From the human T2T-CHM13v2.0 reference genome, Homo sapiens: 64,000 bases of DNA. Where the stretch lies: NCBI RefSeq assembly GCF_009914755.1, contig NC_060936.1. One strand, given 5' to 3'. The notes under the pieces are model-generated. The model did no database searches, had not been told where the DNA came from, and was given only the letters and a program-made list of their open reading frames with translations. A program made the translations under genes and the position numbers. Shown in pieces: positions 48,803 to 64,000 of the stretch (position 1 is the stretch's first letter; every line of letters begins with the position of its first letter).

Positions 48803-49066
48803 CAGGCAGCGACAGTGCGAGCTTTCCCCACACCACCCCGTCCATGTGCCTCAACCCTGACCTGGAGGGACCACCTCTAGAGGTGAGAGGGGATGTTCAG
48901 TCTCCAAGGCTCACTCAATCCTTCCGCCTCAGCCGAGACTGCCAACACACGGGGGGCCAGTGGCGCTGGTGATTTTTGGTGCTGTGGACACCACCTGTCC
49001 ACGGGGACCTGGACTGACCCCCCCAACCTCATTTCACCCAGGCCGCGTAGCCCACCAGATGGTAAC
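48720..49066 (-). mobile_element. LF-SINE copy (antisense) containing ultraconserved element uc.338 (~48748-48970)
   Basis: Resembles the recalled LF-SINE consensus in reverse complement; exaptation of this PCBP2 exon from LF-SINE is established. The TUC338/PCBP2-OT1 transcript is reported here, but its ends cannot be read from sequence. Confidence 0.8.
48790..48882 (+). CDS. PCBP2: PCBP2 exon 9, 93-nt cassette (DRYSTGSDSASFPHTTPSMCLNPDLEGPPLE; absent in alphaCP2-KL)
   Basis: CACAG acceptor with a weak pyrimidine tract, GAG|GTGAGA donor, 31 aa in frame. Confidence 0.95.
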
Positions 49067-49961
49067 ACCAACTTTTTTTTTTTTTTTAATTTTTTTTTTG
49101 TTCAACCCCTCTTCCCCTCTCCCACTCCTCCCACCCCATTTTCACCTTCCTTCCACCCCCACCTGGGTGTACTTTTGGGGGTACTGGCCACTGTGATGTG
49201 AGAAACTTCACATCCTGTTAACCAGCCACTCCTTCCATCCCCTCCCTCCCTGTTCCCTTTTCCTTTCCTCCTTTTCCCTACCCCATTGCCCTGAAGACCC
49301 AGCTCCCTTTTTGGGAGGTTATGTTGTGGGGGGGAGGAGGGCATAGTGGGAGCTGCAAATGCCTATGGAGGGGAGGTGGGAGAAGACAGGAATTAGAACC
49401 CAGTGGTTTTTGTTTACCTGTGATCAGCTCCCTACTGTTAGGGACTCAGCTAGCATCCAGTGTTCTTAAGGTCTTTAGGCAGATAGAGAAATAAGTTGGA
49501 GAAAGGGAAGTGTTTTAAAACATACCATGTAGGTTTGTGCAGTTAGAGATCTTCCACATCACCACAATTGGTAGAAGGGTTGGGGTGGTGAGGGAAGAGA
49601 TCATTATTCCTCCTAGGCTATCTTGTATACAGGGAGGAAGAGTGGGGCTTGGTCAGTCGAGGCATTGCTAATCTCACTTCCCACATTTTCATTAAGAAAC
49701 AGTTATGTATATTTTGCCTTTGATTGCAGGGAACTTGGCTACCTTTATAGGATTCCCCGGAACAAAGTCATATTTAGGGTTCAAAGAAGGCCAATTTGGG
49801 TCTGACCATATTTGTGAGATTCCATCTACTGCCTCAATCTCTGGCCTCCCCCATTCTCTAGTTCAACTCTGGCTTCCTGGCTAGTTGAAATGTCTTTTTC
49901 CCCCCACTGGGTGGCTGTCCGTGATTGGTTTTTAATAGGAACTGTTTTCCTCCTTTTGTAG

Positions 49962-50003
49962 GCCTATACCATTCAAGGACAGTATGCCATTCCACAGCCA
50001 GAT
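49962..50003 (+). CDS. PCBP2: PCBP2 exon 10 (AYTIQGQYAIPQPD)
   Basis: TGTAG acceptor, GAT|GTAAGT donor. Confidence 0.95.
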
Positions 50004-51250
50004 GTAAGTTTTGTTTTCACTTCTTGTTTTGAAAAGCTCCCTCTCCCATCCAAAATTGTCTCACTCCTCTCTCCCAAGTAGCCAGAAGTGAGTTGGGTCT
50101 TCAGCATTTGCAGTATTAAGTTGTTTTCTTCACAAGGTCAATCCCATATTTTAGCCCTTTAATCAGGGTAATGCCTTGTTTGCCTTTTAACATTTAACCC
50201 CTGAAATTTAATTCAGCACATTAGCTTCTCCTTTCCCCCTGTGTTTCAGATTACCCTGTTTCTAAAAGGGAAATGTTCCATGGTATACTGTGATTTGTTA
50301 TCTCAGGGCATAGTTTAAATTGACATTGGGACTGTGCTTCCTTGCATGCAGTTCTCTTTTCCATGAGGGTAATGGGAGGTTGGGTTTGCCCTTGGGAACT
50401 CCTCAATCTGAGATGACAATTTGAAAAGTATTTGGAGGGATGGGGAAGGGGCTTATGTTACACAGAGAGGGATAGGAACCTGAACATTTCAGAATTCAAC
50501 TCAAACCTTTCTTGCTGCTAAAACCTCCTATTTAAAAGTGCCGGTATTTAGACTTCAAGGGCATTTTTTTCTGCACTTTTCTTTTATCCTTACTAACCTT
50601 TTCAGGTGCTGAGCATTATTAGACTTGGGAAGTTGAGTTTCGGTCTTGGTTAGTGGTAGGCCCCAGGAGAGAGGGAAGTAGACGTGAAGAAGGATTATTT
50701 TATGACAGTCAGGACAGTTTATATAGATGAATAAAAATAGCTGTAGTAGTCAGTGGTGGCGGTGATGGGACTAAACCCAGTATGGTTTCTTCACCTCTCT
50801 CCTCCTTGCAGTCTCCCTGCCCCCCTCATCTCCTTCCCTCTCCCCAATACTGATGAAACCCTGCATGGTGTGTTTTCCCTAGCACCACTGCACAGTTTGT
50901 TTACCTAGCCTGTCTGTGCTTGTCCCTGCGGCAACTGTTGCAATGGCTGCAAACTACCTTCATTAAGTAGCCTCCAAGGGGGATGGTCGTTGGGCAAGTG
51001 CTGTTGCTTTTCTATTCCCACACCCAGAAGGCATTCATTCTCTTCCAGGCACCCATTCTATTTCTAACCCTTACCCTTCATATTCTGCCAATCCCCAGGA
51101 TTGTGATGCAAGCCCCATCCCTACCCTCTGTTGTAGTTTGAGTAGTAGAGTCAATTTTGGGAATCAGGACCTGCATTTTCAAATTCGAATGTGCTTGAGC
51201 CCTGGCTCTGTTAAATCTTCTAATGCCAACCTCCTGTTTCCTCCTTGCAG

Positions 51251-51323
51251 TTGACCAAGCTGCACCAGTTGGCAATGCAACAGTCTCATTTTCCCATGAC
51301 GCATGGCAACACCGGATTCAGTG
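51251..51323 (+). CDS. PCBP2: PCBP2 exon 11 (LTKLHQLAMQQ...TGFS)
   Basis: TGCAG acceptor, GTG|GTATGG donor. Confidence 0.95.
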
Positions 51324-51834
51324 GTATGGATACCTCAGTGTTTATTTCTGTAAGGTGTAGTGCAAGAGAGAGGCCAGTCCCAAGGTCTCAGCTTGACATC
51401 TGTTTAAAACAAACTTCGTTATCCAGCATCCTGCTGGTTTAAACTTGCCTGTCTACTATGGCTAAGCCCAAGGAGGTAATGTGTTTGTTAACGTGGTTTT
51501 CATTTGGGGTCAGTTATTCTAAAAGAAAAAAAAAGCCCTGGAAGGTTTGGGGGTGAGGTTTGGGGATGCTTGTCAGGCAAAGGGTAGGCTGATATTTCTT
51601 TGAGCCCATCCTGACTGCTGCCCCCTTGATCTGATCAGCACCCCCTTTCTCTCCACCAGCAATTCACAGGCTTGGGTAGAGACCATCCATTTGTGCCAAA
51701 TTGTGTAGTGTTTTTTTTGTTTTTGTTTTTGTTTTTATTTTGTTTCGTTTTTGGGGCTTTTCTGTATAAGGAATAACTTGTCCGATAGGGTTAGGATGAG
51801 ACCACCAAACTCATTTTCACTTGTATCTTAACAG

Positions 51835-51873
51835 GCATTGAATCCAGCTCTCCAGAGGTGAAAGGCTATTGGG
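51835..51873 (+). CDS. PCBP2: PCBP2 exon 12 (39-nt, GIESSSPEVKGYW)
   Basis: AACAG acceptor, GGG|GTAATG donor; phase 1-1. Confidence 0.93.
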
Positions 51874-52806
51874 GTAATGATTAAAAAAAAAAAAATCTGT
51901 AGTATTCTACTGTTATATTAATAAACTGGTGGGAGTCTTGTTTCACTGCCCATGAACCATACCAGCAACATGCACATGGCAGAGAGGAGCTGAGAGAGCA
52001 AAGGGGTGGGCCTGGAGCCCCCGAGGGTCCCTTGATGGATCTGGCCAACCCCCTTCTAAAAATGATGAGACAGCAGCCATAGCTGAGATCAGGACTAAGC
52101 TTGAGTGTTAGCCAGCTGGCCTGGTTCAGTCCAGGTGTTGTTAAAGATGGGTACGGGTATTTGCTGATGGGATTTTTTTTTCTTTCTTTTTCTTTGGAAA
52201 ACAAAATGAAAGCCAGAACAAAATTATTGAACAAAAGACAGGGACTAAATCTGGAGAAATGAAGTCCCCTCACCTGACTGCCATTTCATTCTATCTGACC
52301 TTCCAGTCTAGGTTAGGAGAATAGGGGGTGGAGGGGATTAATCTGATACAGGTATATTTAAAGCAACTCTGCATGTGTGCCAGAAGTCCATGGTACCCAT
52401 TAACAGGCATAATATTGGCACTGGTGCTAGTGAGCATCAGGTGAGATACAATTTGGAACACAACAGGAAAGGGGTAGAAGTACAGAAGGACTTGTTTAGA
52501 CATTGGTCCTTTTTGAGGATACCACACTCCCTTGCCCTTGCTTCCATCCCCCATCCCTAATAGGCTGGGCTTTGCAGGAAATGGCATGAAATCAGCTCTT
52601 CTGAGTGTACAGAAGAACCTTTCGAGCATTATTTCTACACCCTTCTCCCCCACTCTTTCCTCTTTGGAGGCTTCCAAGTTAGTGATGAATCCCAACAGCT
52701 AATGATGCTGGGTTTCCAGTTTATTTCCTTCTGTTAGTTTAATGTGCAAGTCAGTGAGGTTTTGAATGCTGTGCATTGAATTTGCTTGCTCTCTTCTGTC
52801 TTTTAG

Positions 52807-52862
52807 CAGGTTTGGATGCATCTGCTCAGACTACTTCTCATGAACTCACCATTCCAAACGAT
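52807..52862 (+). CDS. PCBP2: PCBP2 exon 13 (NAGNAG acceptor, start 52807 or 52810; (A)GLDASAQTTSHELTIPND)
   Basis: TTTTAGCAG|GT; GAT|GTAAGT donor. Confidence 0.94.
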
Positions 52863-52949
52863 GTAAGTGTAGTTAGGTTGCATGGGATGAAAATAAGAAA
52901 ATAGACTGTAAAGAAATAGATGTCGTTTCAGCAGTGTCCTGCTACCCTT

Positions 52950-55585
<2,636 letters not shown>

Positions 55586-55636
55586 AGGATTTGGGGTGGG
55601 GGGGTGGGATTCTTAGACCTAGCCATGCAACTCTAA

Positions 55637-55840
<204 letters not shown>

Positions 55841-56978
55841 TAAGATTGCTCTACCTTTTGTCTTATTTATGCCAACACAGTAATGTGTGTGTTGGGGAGA
55901 GCTGCAGTGTATTAAATATGGGATTACATGGGCGATGGGTAAAGATGGCCAAAAGGTTTTTTTTTTTTTTTGCTAGCTCTACTTTCTTAGAGTGTAGCAG
56001 AAAAAGTAAACTGCAGTAAGTTTTCAAGGGGTTGGTGGGGGGGGGAGCACAGATTGCCCGCATTTAACTTGATGGTTTGGTAAGAGGGAAGAGTGGTCCT
56101 TGTCTTCAGTAAGAGTCCTCTGGCTAGAGCACTCACAAAATCAAATGTGGGTCTCTCTTGTTCTACATAGCATATAGACTACTATTTCTTTCACTGATTT
56201 GATTTGGAGTCCAAAGCACCCTTAATTGTAATAAGGACATTGGAGTAATAGGACAGCAAGGCAGTTTCTGGGAGGCAGCAATTACCATTTATTCTGGAAA
56301 CACCCATTTTTCTCACACTGCATGTGTGTTTTATTCAGAGCTTGTGGGAATGTGGGAAGCACAGGTATTGGAATGTTTCGGAAGTGTGAAGTGTGTTTTC
56401 TATCTCACTCCTCCCCCAATCTCATCCCTTAATGACTTCCTGAGGGTTTTATTTCCCTTATCCATAGCTAGGTAGTGTTACTACTCTCAATTTTAGGACA
56501 CTGTTCACAGTCAAATGGGATCCTACAGTCATTTATATTACTTGCTTTCTCAACTCATGGGCTGAAGTCACACCCTTAATTGCTTACTAATATTTCAAAG
56601 CATTGTTAGCCTTGAGGCCCTTAGGTCTCTTTTAATAGGGAATGTTGTCTAGTTATCATTTACCTTTCTTATAAGTGTTTAATCTCTTTGTCATAAAAGT
56701 TTTACATGAGTTCCTGAATCTAGTACAGGGGAAAGGAATTCCTAAGTATGTGGTCTGTATTGTGCTTGTACTGACCATGTATATATGCTATGGTTATTTA
56801 GTGCTAGCTAAGAACATACCATTTCCCCAGTAGCAGTCTGACTTTTGCCTTAAGACTTCATATCTTGAGGTGCTACTACTCTTTGTGTAGAAAAGCTTTC
56901 CCTTTCCTAGATTTGTTTTCTTGTCCACCCACCAAGCACACTAGGTCCTTAATGTTGAGAATGAAATGGTAGTAGTAA

Positions 56979-57395
<417 letters not shown>

Positions 57396-58900
57396 TGAGC
57401 CACTATGCCCAGCTTGTTTTTCTTATTTGTAATTAGGATTTTGGAGGGCAAGAAGTTTTCAGTTTTCAGTGGCAAGAATCAGGTTTTTGAAAGCTGGAAT
57501 TTGTTTTGTTCTTTCGATAGGCTTGCCCTTCATGTAATTTAAATTGTGACTGTTTAAATGTGACCTGCTTGCCTAGCTCCTGCAATAGGTCAGTGGCTAC
57601 ATTGTAAGGAAGCAGAATTCTCTTGGTAGAGTGGCTCTTTTCAGGATCATTGTTACTGAATAGCAATTCGGTATCTTAGCCATGGATTAGGGTCAAAACT
57701 TTTCAAAGCTTCATCTAACACCAAAGCAAAGATTATGCATGCACAAAGCTTATTCTTTCTCAACTTGGTGCAGTTTAAATGCAGAAGTCAAAGGGTTTTT
57801 TTTTTTTTCCTTTCTCATTTTTTTTAAGTCAAGAAGGATTTTACTGGATTCTGAGCATTTTCTCCTGTCTCTTGATTTTTCATGGTGGCAGTCTGTCCTT
57901 TTATATAGTTAGTTGACTTCTGTATCCCTTTCCTTTATGGATTGCAGCTGTCCTTGGACATAGGTAAATGAAATGAGGTTTTAAGAGGAGCCTTTCTGCT
58001 CTTGAAGACTTAGCGTTGTGGGCTCAATTGTCCAGGCACACTTCCCAAATATATGTAGTTCTGGCTTAGACACATACAGGCATTTGGGAGACATGTACCC
58101 TTACTGTTCTGTGGAGCTTATTTTGGGAGTGGAAGCAGCAGCATTTTCGCTTAAGTATGAATTTTTAGGTGATACTTGAGTTTCTCTTTTCCACTTCTGA
58201 AAGGTCCACATTAGAAGTATGATCAGTCAGAAACAACTTTTTATACCACCTCCCACCAGAAAAGCTTCCCTAGTTCTTATCTACACTTCTGTTCTCAGCA
58301 TTTTTCTTTGAAAACGCTACATTCTTTGAAATTTGAAATTAGTCAGTGACCTACTTTGGACTCTTGTCTCTTTCCACCCTGATACTGGTTTGTTTGCTGT
58401 GGAGATGTAAGCAGACTTTAATACATAGCTGGAAGGATTTTTAAAAATTCTGCTTTATAAATATTCAAAGCTTCACAAGTAATTGTGGGATAATTGATTT
58501 TCTGTTAGAATAGGAAATTGACATTTGATTAGAGGAAACATTTCTTCCTTGTTGGGTGATTGATGAGTATCTTTTTCTACCCGAAATCATTCCTTCAACA
58601 TCTGGGTTGGGTCAGTGTGTCAGATACATGAAGTATGTGCCCTATGATTTCTTTTCTCTGTCAGCTTTTTCTTCACCATAGCAGTTTTTAAGTAGCTCTG
58701 TGGAATGGAAATATACATATTTAGAGGGTGGGACATAGGCTAAAAGAAAGCTTGTCACAAGTTGACACTAGGTCTTCCTAATTGTCAACCAGAGGCACTT
58801 ACTGATATAACTGAAGCAGTTTTTGTCCTGTACTTACTCCCTTTTGTGGTCTTCCCTTCCACCCACCCTTTTTTTTTGTTCCTTTTTTCCTCTGTTACAG

Positions 58901-59249
58901 TTTAGAAAACGCTAAACCCTCCTCCCAGGCAGCCTCCGTCACGATCCCTGATCACCTCAGCATCAACCTCTCTCAACCCTCCACCCCTTCTTCTTCTTCC
59001 TCCTCCACCACCACCCCCTCGCTCGCCACAGCGGGGACCTCCGACGCACCCTCCAGCCTCCCCAACCCTCTTCCGACCGCCCCTTGTGTCTCCAGTCTGC
59101 TTGGCATGAAACCCATCCCTCTCCTGGCTCTAAATGTTGTGTCTGCTGCTAAGGGTACCGGGGCTTCAGCTACCACCACCACCACCTCTGCCGTGCCATG
59201 TGTAACTAACAAACTGAAAGGCGAGAAACAGAGATTCTCTCCCTACTGA
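58901..59249 (+). CDS. PCBP2: Putative PCBP2 alternative terminal exon encoding a PCBP4-like C-terminus (SLENAKPSS...LLGMKPIPLLAL...KGEKQRFSPY*)
   Basis: Long pyrimidine tract + TTACAG at 58900; open in phase with exon 14 for 116 codons to TGA 59247-59249; AATAAA at 59561 and 59661. Confidence 0.8.
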
Positions 59250-59560
59250 TTGCATACCTTGAGGCACCTCCTCCAGTATTATTTTGTTCATTTTGTTTTC
59301 CTTTGTTAACATTGGTGAGAATGAAACTATTGTGAGCTTGTTACCGTTTCCTTTTTACTACTTTGGGGGATAACTGGGTGGGGGTGGGGGAGTGGTAACC
59401 CTTGTTTAGGTTTAGGCCATTTCAGCTGAGTGCCTGTTTCAGGGTCTGACTTGAATTCTTTATCTAGAGCCACAGTTTTCTCTTCTTTCTTGTTTGTTAC
59501 TTTTCTTTGTAGCTTTATTCTGCCTTGCAATATAACAATGTGTTAGGCTCTGTGTTAATG

Positions 59561-59666
59561 AATAAAAGCTGCTTCGTTAACTTTTTTTTTTTTTTTTAAG
59601 AATTATTTAATGGTTAAGCTATCAGCAGGCCTTCTTGGCCATATTTGTGTTTCTAGCTGTAATAAA
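59561..59666 (+). terminator. PCBP2: Intronic poly(A) signals (AATAAA 59561-59566 followed by a U-tract; AATAAA 59661-59666 followed by GU-rich sequence)
   Basis: Motifs read directly. Confidence 0.7.
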
Positions 59667-61416
59667 GTTGGCGCAGTAAGAACCTTAGTACACTGTGTGC
59701 TGTGAAGGGTAAAGGGTTGGGGGCTTGTGACTTGTGGCTATTCAGCTAGGAAGCCTGTATAACTGACATGGGCTTTTTGAATCCCAAGTGAATTTTATAG
59801 TCGTTTGTCAATATTTCCACAAAGAGATAACGAGTCTGTGGCAGTTTAGATCCTGAAGGTCCTCTGTAATTGGCAACAAGCTTCACTAGTGAGGAAGTTT
59901 ATCTGACTTCTCAGATGGCCTTACCTTGCCAGCAGCAGCTAACAAGGTGTTCATCCCAGGATTCCTCTGGTGAATGGTTACCATGAGGATCTCTTCCAAG
60001 TCATACATTCAAAGAACATACTTCTTTACCCAGAATGAAGGGGAGGGGCAAAGTGGGATAAGTCTAATAAAATTAGGCAGCTTCTGTCTGCATTCCTCTG
60101 AATTAGCATTATGCCTCTTTCTGTGACATTAGGTATATCTCAGCCAACCCGTGACATTATCCACAACTTGACATGATGCCATCCACTAGTCCTAAACCAA
60201 CTCTGTCAACCAAGTTTCTTTACCCTTTTTTCTATTCCTGGCCGTATCCTTTCTGCTCCCCACCAGCACTATCAGGAGTAGGAAGTGACATGCTTAGATT
60301 TGGAAGGAACCTTAAGGATCAACTAATCTGTAACACATTGATCCCCTCATTTTACAGATTAAAAAATAGAGGCCCTAAGATAATTTAAATTCATAGGTTA
60401 TGAGTGACTAGCCAGGACTAACAACTTAAGCTTTACTTTTACTCAATCGTACTAACCTCCCTGAAATCTTGTTCATTTTCTTATACTAAGATGGGCACAG
60501 GCCTCTCATAAAACAGTAGAAATGTTCTTAGTATGGTGGTATAAGGCCTCTGATAGCCTTCCATTCAACGAGAGTACACGTTGCCACAGTGCTGAAAGTG
60601 TAATGCTCTTCCCAGGGCATTAGAGAACTCAGTGTAGAGATAGTTTCCCTGATGACCTTTTCCCAGCATCACCATTGGCTGACAAAAAAAAAAAAGCTGT
60701 TAGTATTCCAATATATTATCTCATTCTTTGATGTTATTTTGGCCCCTCCATCCCAGATTGGGCCTGTGAAGAAGTGTTACACGTCTCAAGTATGCATAAA
60801 GGATTAGATGGCCAAACCTGTCCAGTAAGGAGTTTTATTTAGTTGCTCCTTTATCATGTGGTCCAGCTCTCTCCCTTGGTAAGCTTGCTCCTCCTGTAGT
60901 TAGGACTTAATCATGCTGATACCATCTCCCCCCAGGGATGTGGTTTTATCTAGTTCTTGATTGGAAGGCCTCTTAACCTAATGGCTATTCCCCAAGGAAG
61001 GATTCCACATGTTTAAGGGTCTAGCTACCATCACTACCTCCAAAGGGCCTCAGTTTTAAATTTTTTTAAACCCTAGAGCTCCCCCATGTGGTCTTTTATC
61101 CTAGAGTACCTGACTCAGTATTTCATAGCATCCCCTTCTCCCTGCGTCACCTCCCCCACCCCAGCAAATCCCCATTCGGGCTTGATACACATTCAGAACA
61201 TTTCTTTCAGAGCTCTGGTGGGGCCAGAGTGCTACCACCAATTTTTATGAACTTAAATTTTCAGGTCCTAGATCTAATGGTATCTAGCAGTTCCTTTCTT
61301 AGACCTTCAGTTCTTACTGAACCCTTTAATCCAGGGCTATTGTTTACCTTTCCTTAGATCATTGTGTTTTGAAATTGGCACGAATCTACCCCCCTTTTAA
61401 GAACTAAATATCCCCT

Positions 61417-62845
<1,429 letters not shown>

Positions 62846-63435
62846 TAAATCTGAGTATAATTCTTGACCCATAGTTACTCTTTTTACATCTCTTTTTAAC
62901 ATTTTTTTTTTTACCTTTAAAACGGTATTACCTCATAATACCCTACACATTGATAGAACTCCAGGGCTTTAAAGTAAAGGCCTTGAGTTGTCTCAGCATT
63001 AAACCCTTGAGACTACTCTCAGATGACTCTTTCTTTCCTAAACTGGTATTCTGTCAGCAGTTTGGGAGGAGCCAAAGTGAGCTCAGCAATAAAGAAACAT
63101 TGCTTCTGTGTATTGTGAGCACTCTTTAGAGGGGCCTGTTTCCAGAAAGTACACTCCTTGGTTAGCCCACCATGGAGGTGGAACTAAAAGAGAACATAGT
63201 TTGAGGGACATTGGATAACAAGGGCTGTTTCCCTTGGTTCTGAGGTAATAGACCTCCACATGCTTGAATTGCAAGGATTAAAGGATCATGGTACTGGTAA
63301 ATTTAAGAAACCTTAAAATGTCTCCCTTGGTACTCCAGCACTGGTTATTTACTCTTCACATTTCATGAACCAGGTAGAGATGAGGTGCAGCTGAGCACTG
63401 GGGAAACTAACTGAGTTCTTGTTTCTGTGTTACAG

Positions 63436-63472
63436 GCTTTCCTCGGAGACGGGTGGCATGGGGAGCAGCTAG
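63436..63472 (+). CDS. PCBP2: PCBP2 canonical last exon coding part (R-LSSETGGMGSS*), followed by 3'UTR to the window end
   Basis: TTACAG acceptor; total CDS 1098 nt = 365 aa + stop; ATTAAA at 63624 and 63825. Confidence 0.96.
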
Positions 63473-64000
63473 AACAATGCAGATTCATCCATAATCCCTT
63501 TCTGCTGTTCACCACCACCCATGATCCATCTGTGTAGTTTCTGAACAGTCAGCGATTCCAGGTTTTAAATAGTTTGTAAATTTTCAGTTTCTACACACTT
63601 TATCATCCACTCGTGATTTTTTAATTAAAGCGTTTTAATTCCTTTCTCTGTTCAGCTGTTGATGCTGAGATCCATATTTAGTTTTATAAGCTTCTCCCTG
63701 GTTTTTTTTTTTTTTTGGTTTTTTTTTTTTGGCTCATGAATTTTTCTGTTTGTCATGGAAATGTAAGAGTGGAATATTAATACATTTCAGTTTAGTTCTG
63801 TAATGTCAGGAATTTTTCAAAAAAATTAAAAGATGGACTGGAGCTTTTTCTTTGTGAATAGAAACTGGATGCCACAGTGATTCATGTGGGTTTTATTCCT
63901 CTTGTCTTGCTGTTATTTTTGTACCTTTTATCCCTCAAAGGACCCTTCTTGGGTTTTGAATGGAAGCCTTTATTCCGGTTAAGATGTTTTCTTCTATTTT

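Noticed and set aside
46600-52800. Possible intronic snoRNA, miRNA or poison exon in the Alu-free introns
   Set aside because: No convincing C/D or H/ACA box arrangement or exon boundaries could be identified by eye.
58973-59212. 79-aa minus-strand ORF (poly-Val/Glu)
   Set aside because: Antisense shadow of the + strand alternative PCBP2 exon, which has the splice and poly(A) signals.
63473-64000. Possible antisense overlap with the 3' end of MAP3K12 (recalled convergent neighbour)
   Set aside because: No MAP3K12 coding sequence or clear minus-strand 3' end can be shown within the window.

Overview
Human (primate) genomic DNA, very Alu-rich, recognisable as the chr12q13.13 SP1-AMHR2-PRR13-PCBP2 locus, with all genes on the + strand. 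The window holds: the probable end of the SP1 3'UTR (1-~500); the complete AMHR2 gene (11 coding exons, 7978-15516, summing to 1722 nt = 573 aa + stop); an intergenic retrotransposon pile-up in which an old L1 3' fragment carries nested SVA, Alu, AluYa5 and Alu insertions; PRR13 (CDS 26758-30103, 148 aa); and PCBP2 (CpG-island promoter ~36 kb, 14 coding exons 38838-63472, 365 aa with the TG acceptor and the distal exon-13 acceptor). Almost all ORFs in the supplied track are Alu-derived artefacts. The most interesting signal is absent from the ORF track: a spliceable 349-nt alternative last exon inside PCBP2's final intron (58901-59249). It is in frame with exon 14, has its own AATAAA signals, and encodes a 116-aa Ser/Thr/Pro-rich tail resembling the PCBP4 C-terminus and ending in a PY-NLS-like KQRFSPY. 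Other notable points are a long RNA stem enclosing the LF-SINE-derived uc.338 exon, a TG 3' splice site, a recursive-splice-like CAG|GTGAGT at the AMHR2 transmembrane exon, and repeated retrotransposon insertion at one endonuclease site. Gene and repeat identities come from recalled sequences; no database search was run.
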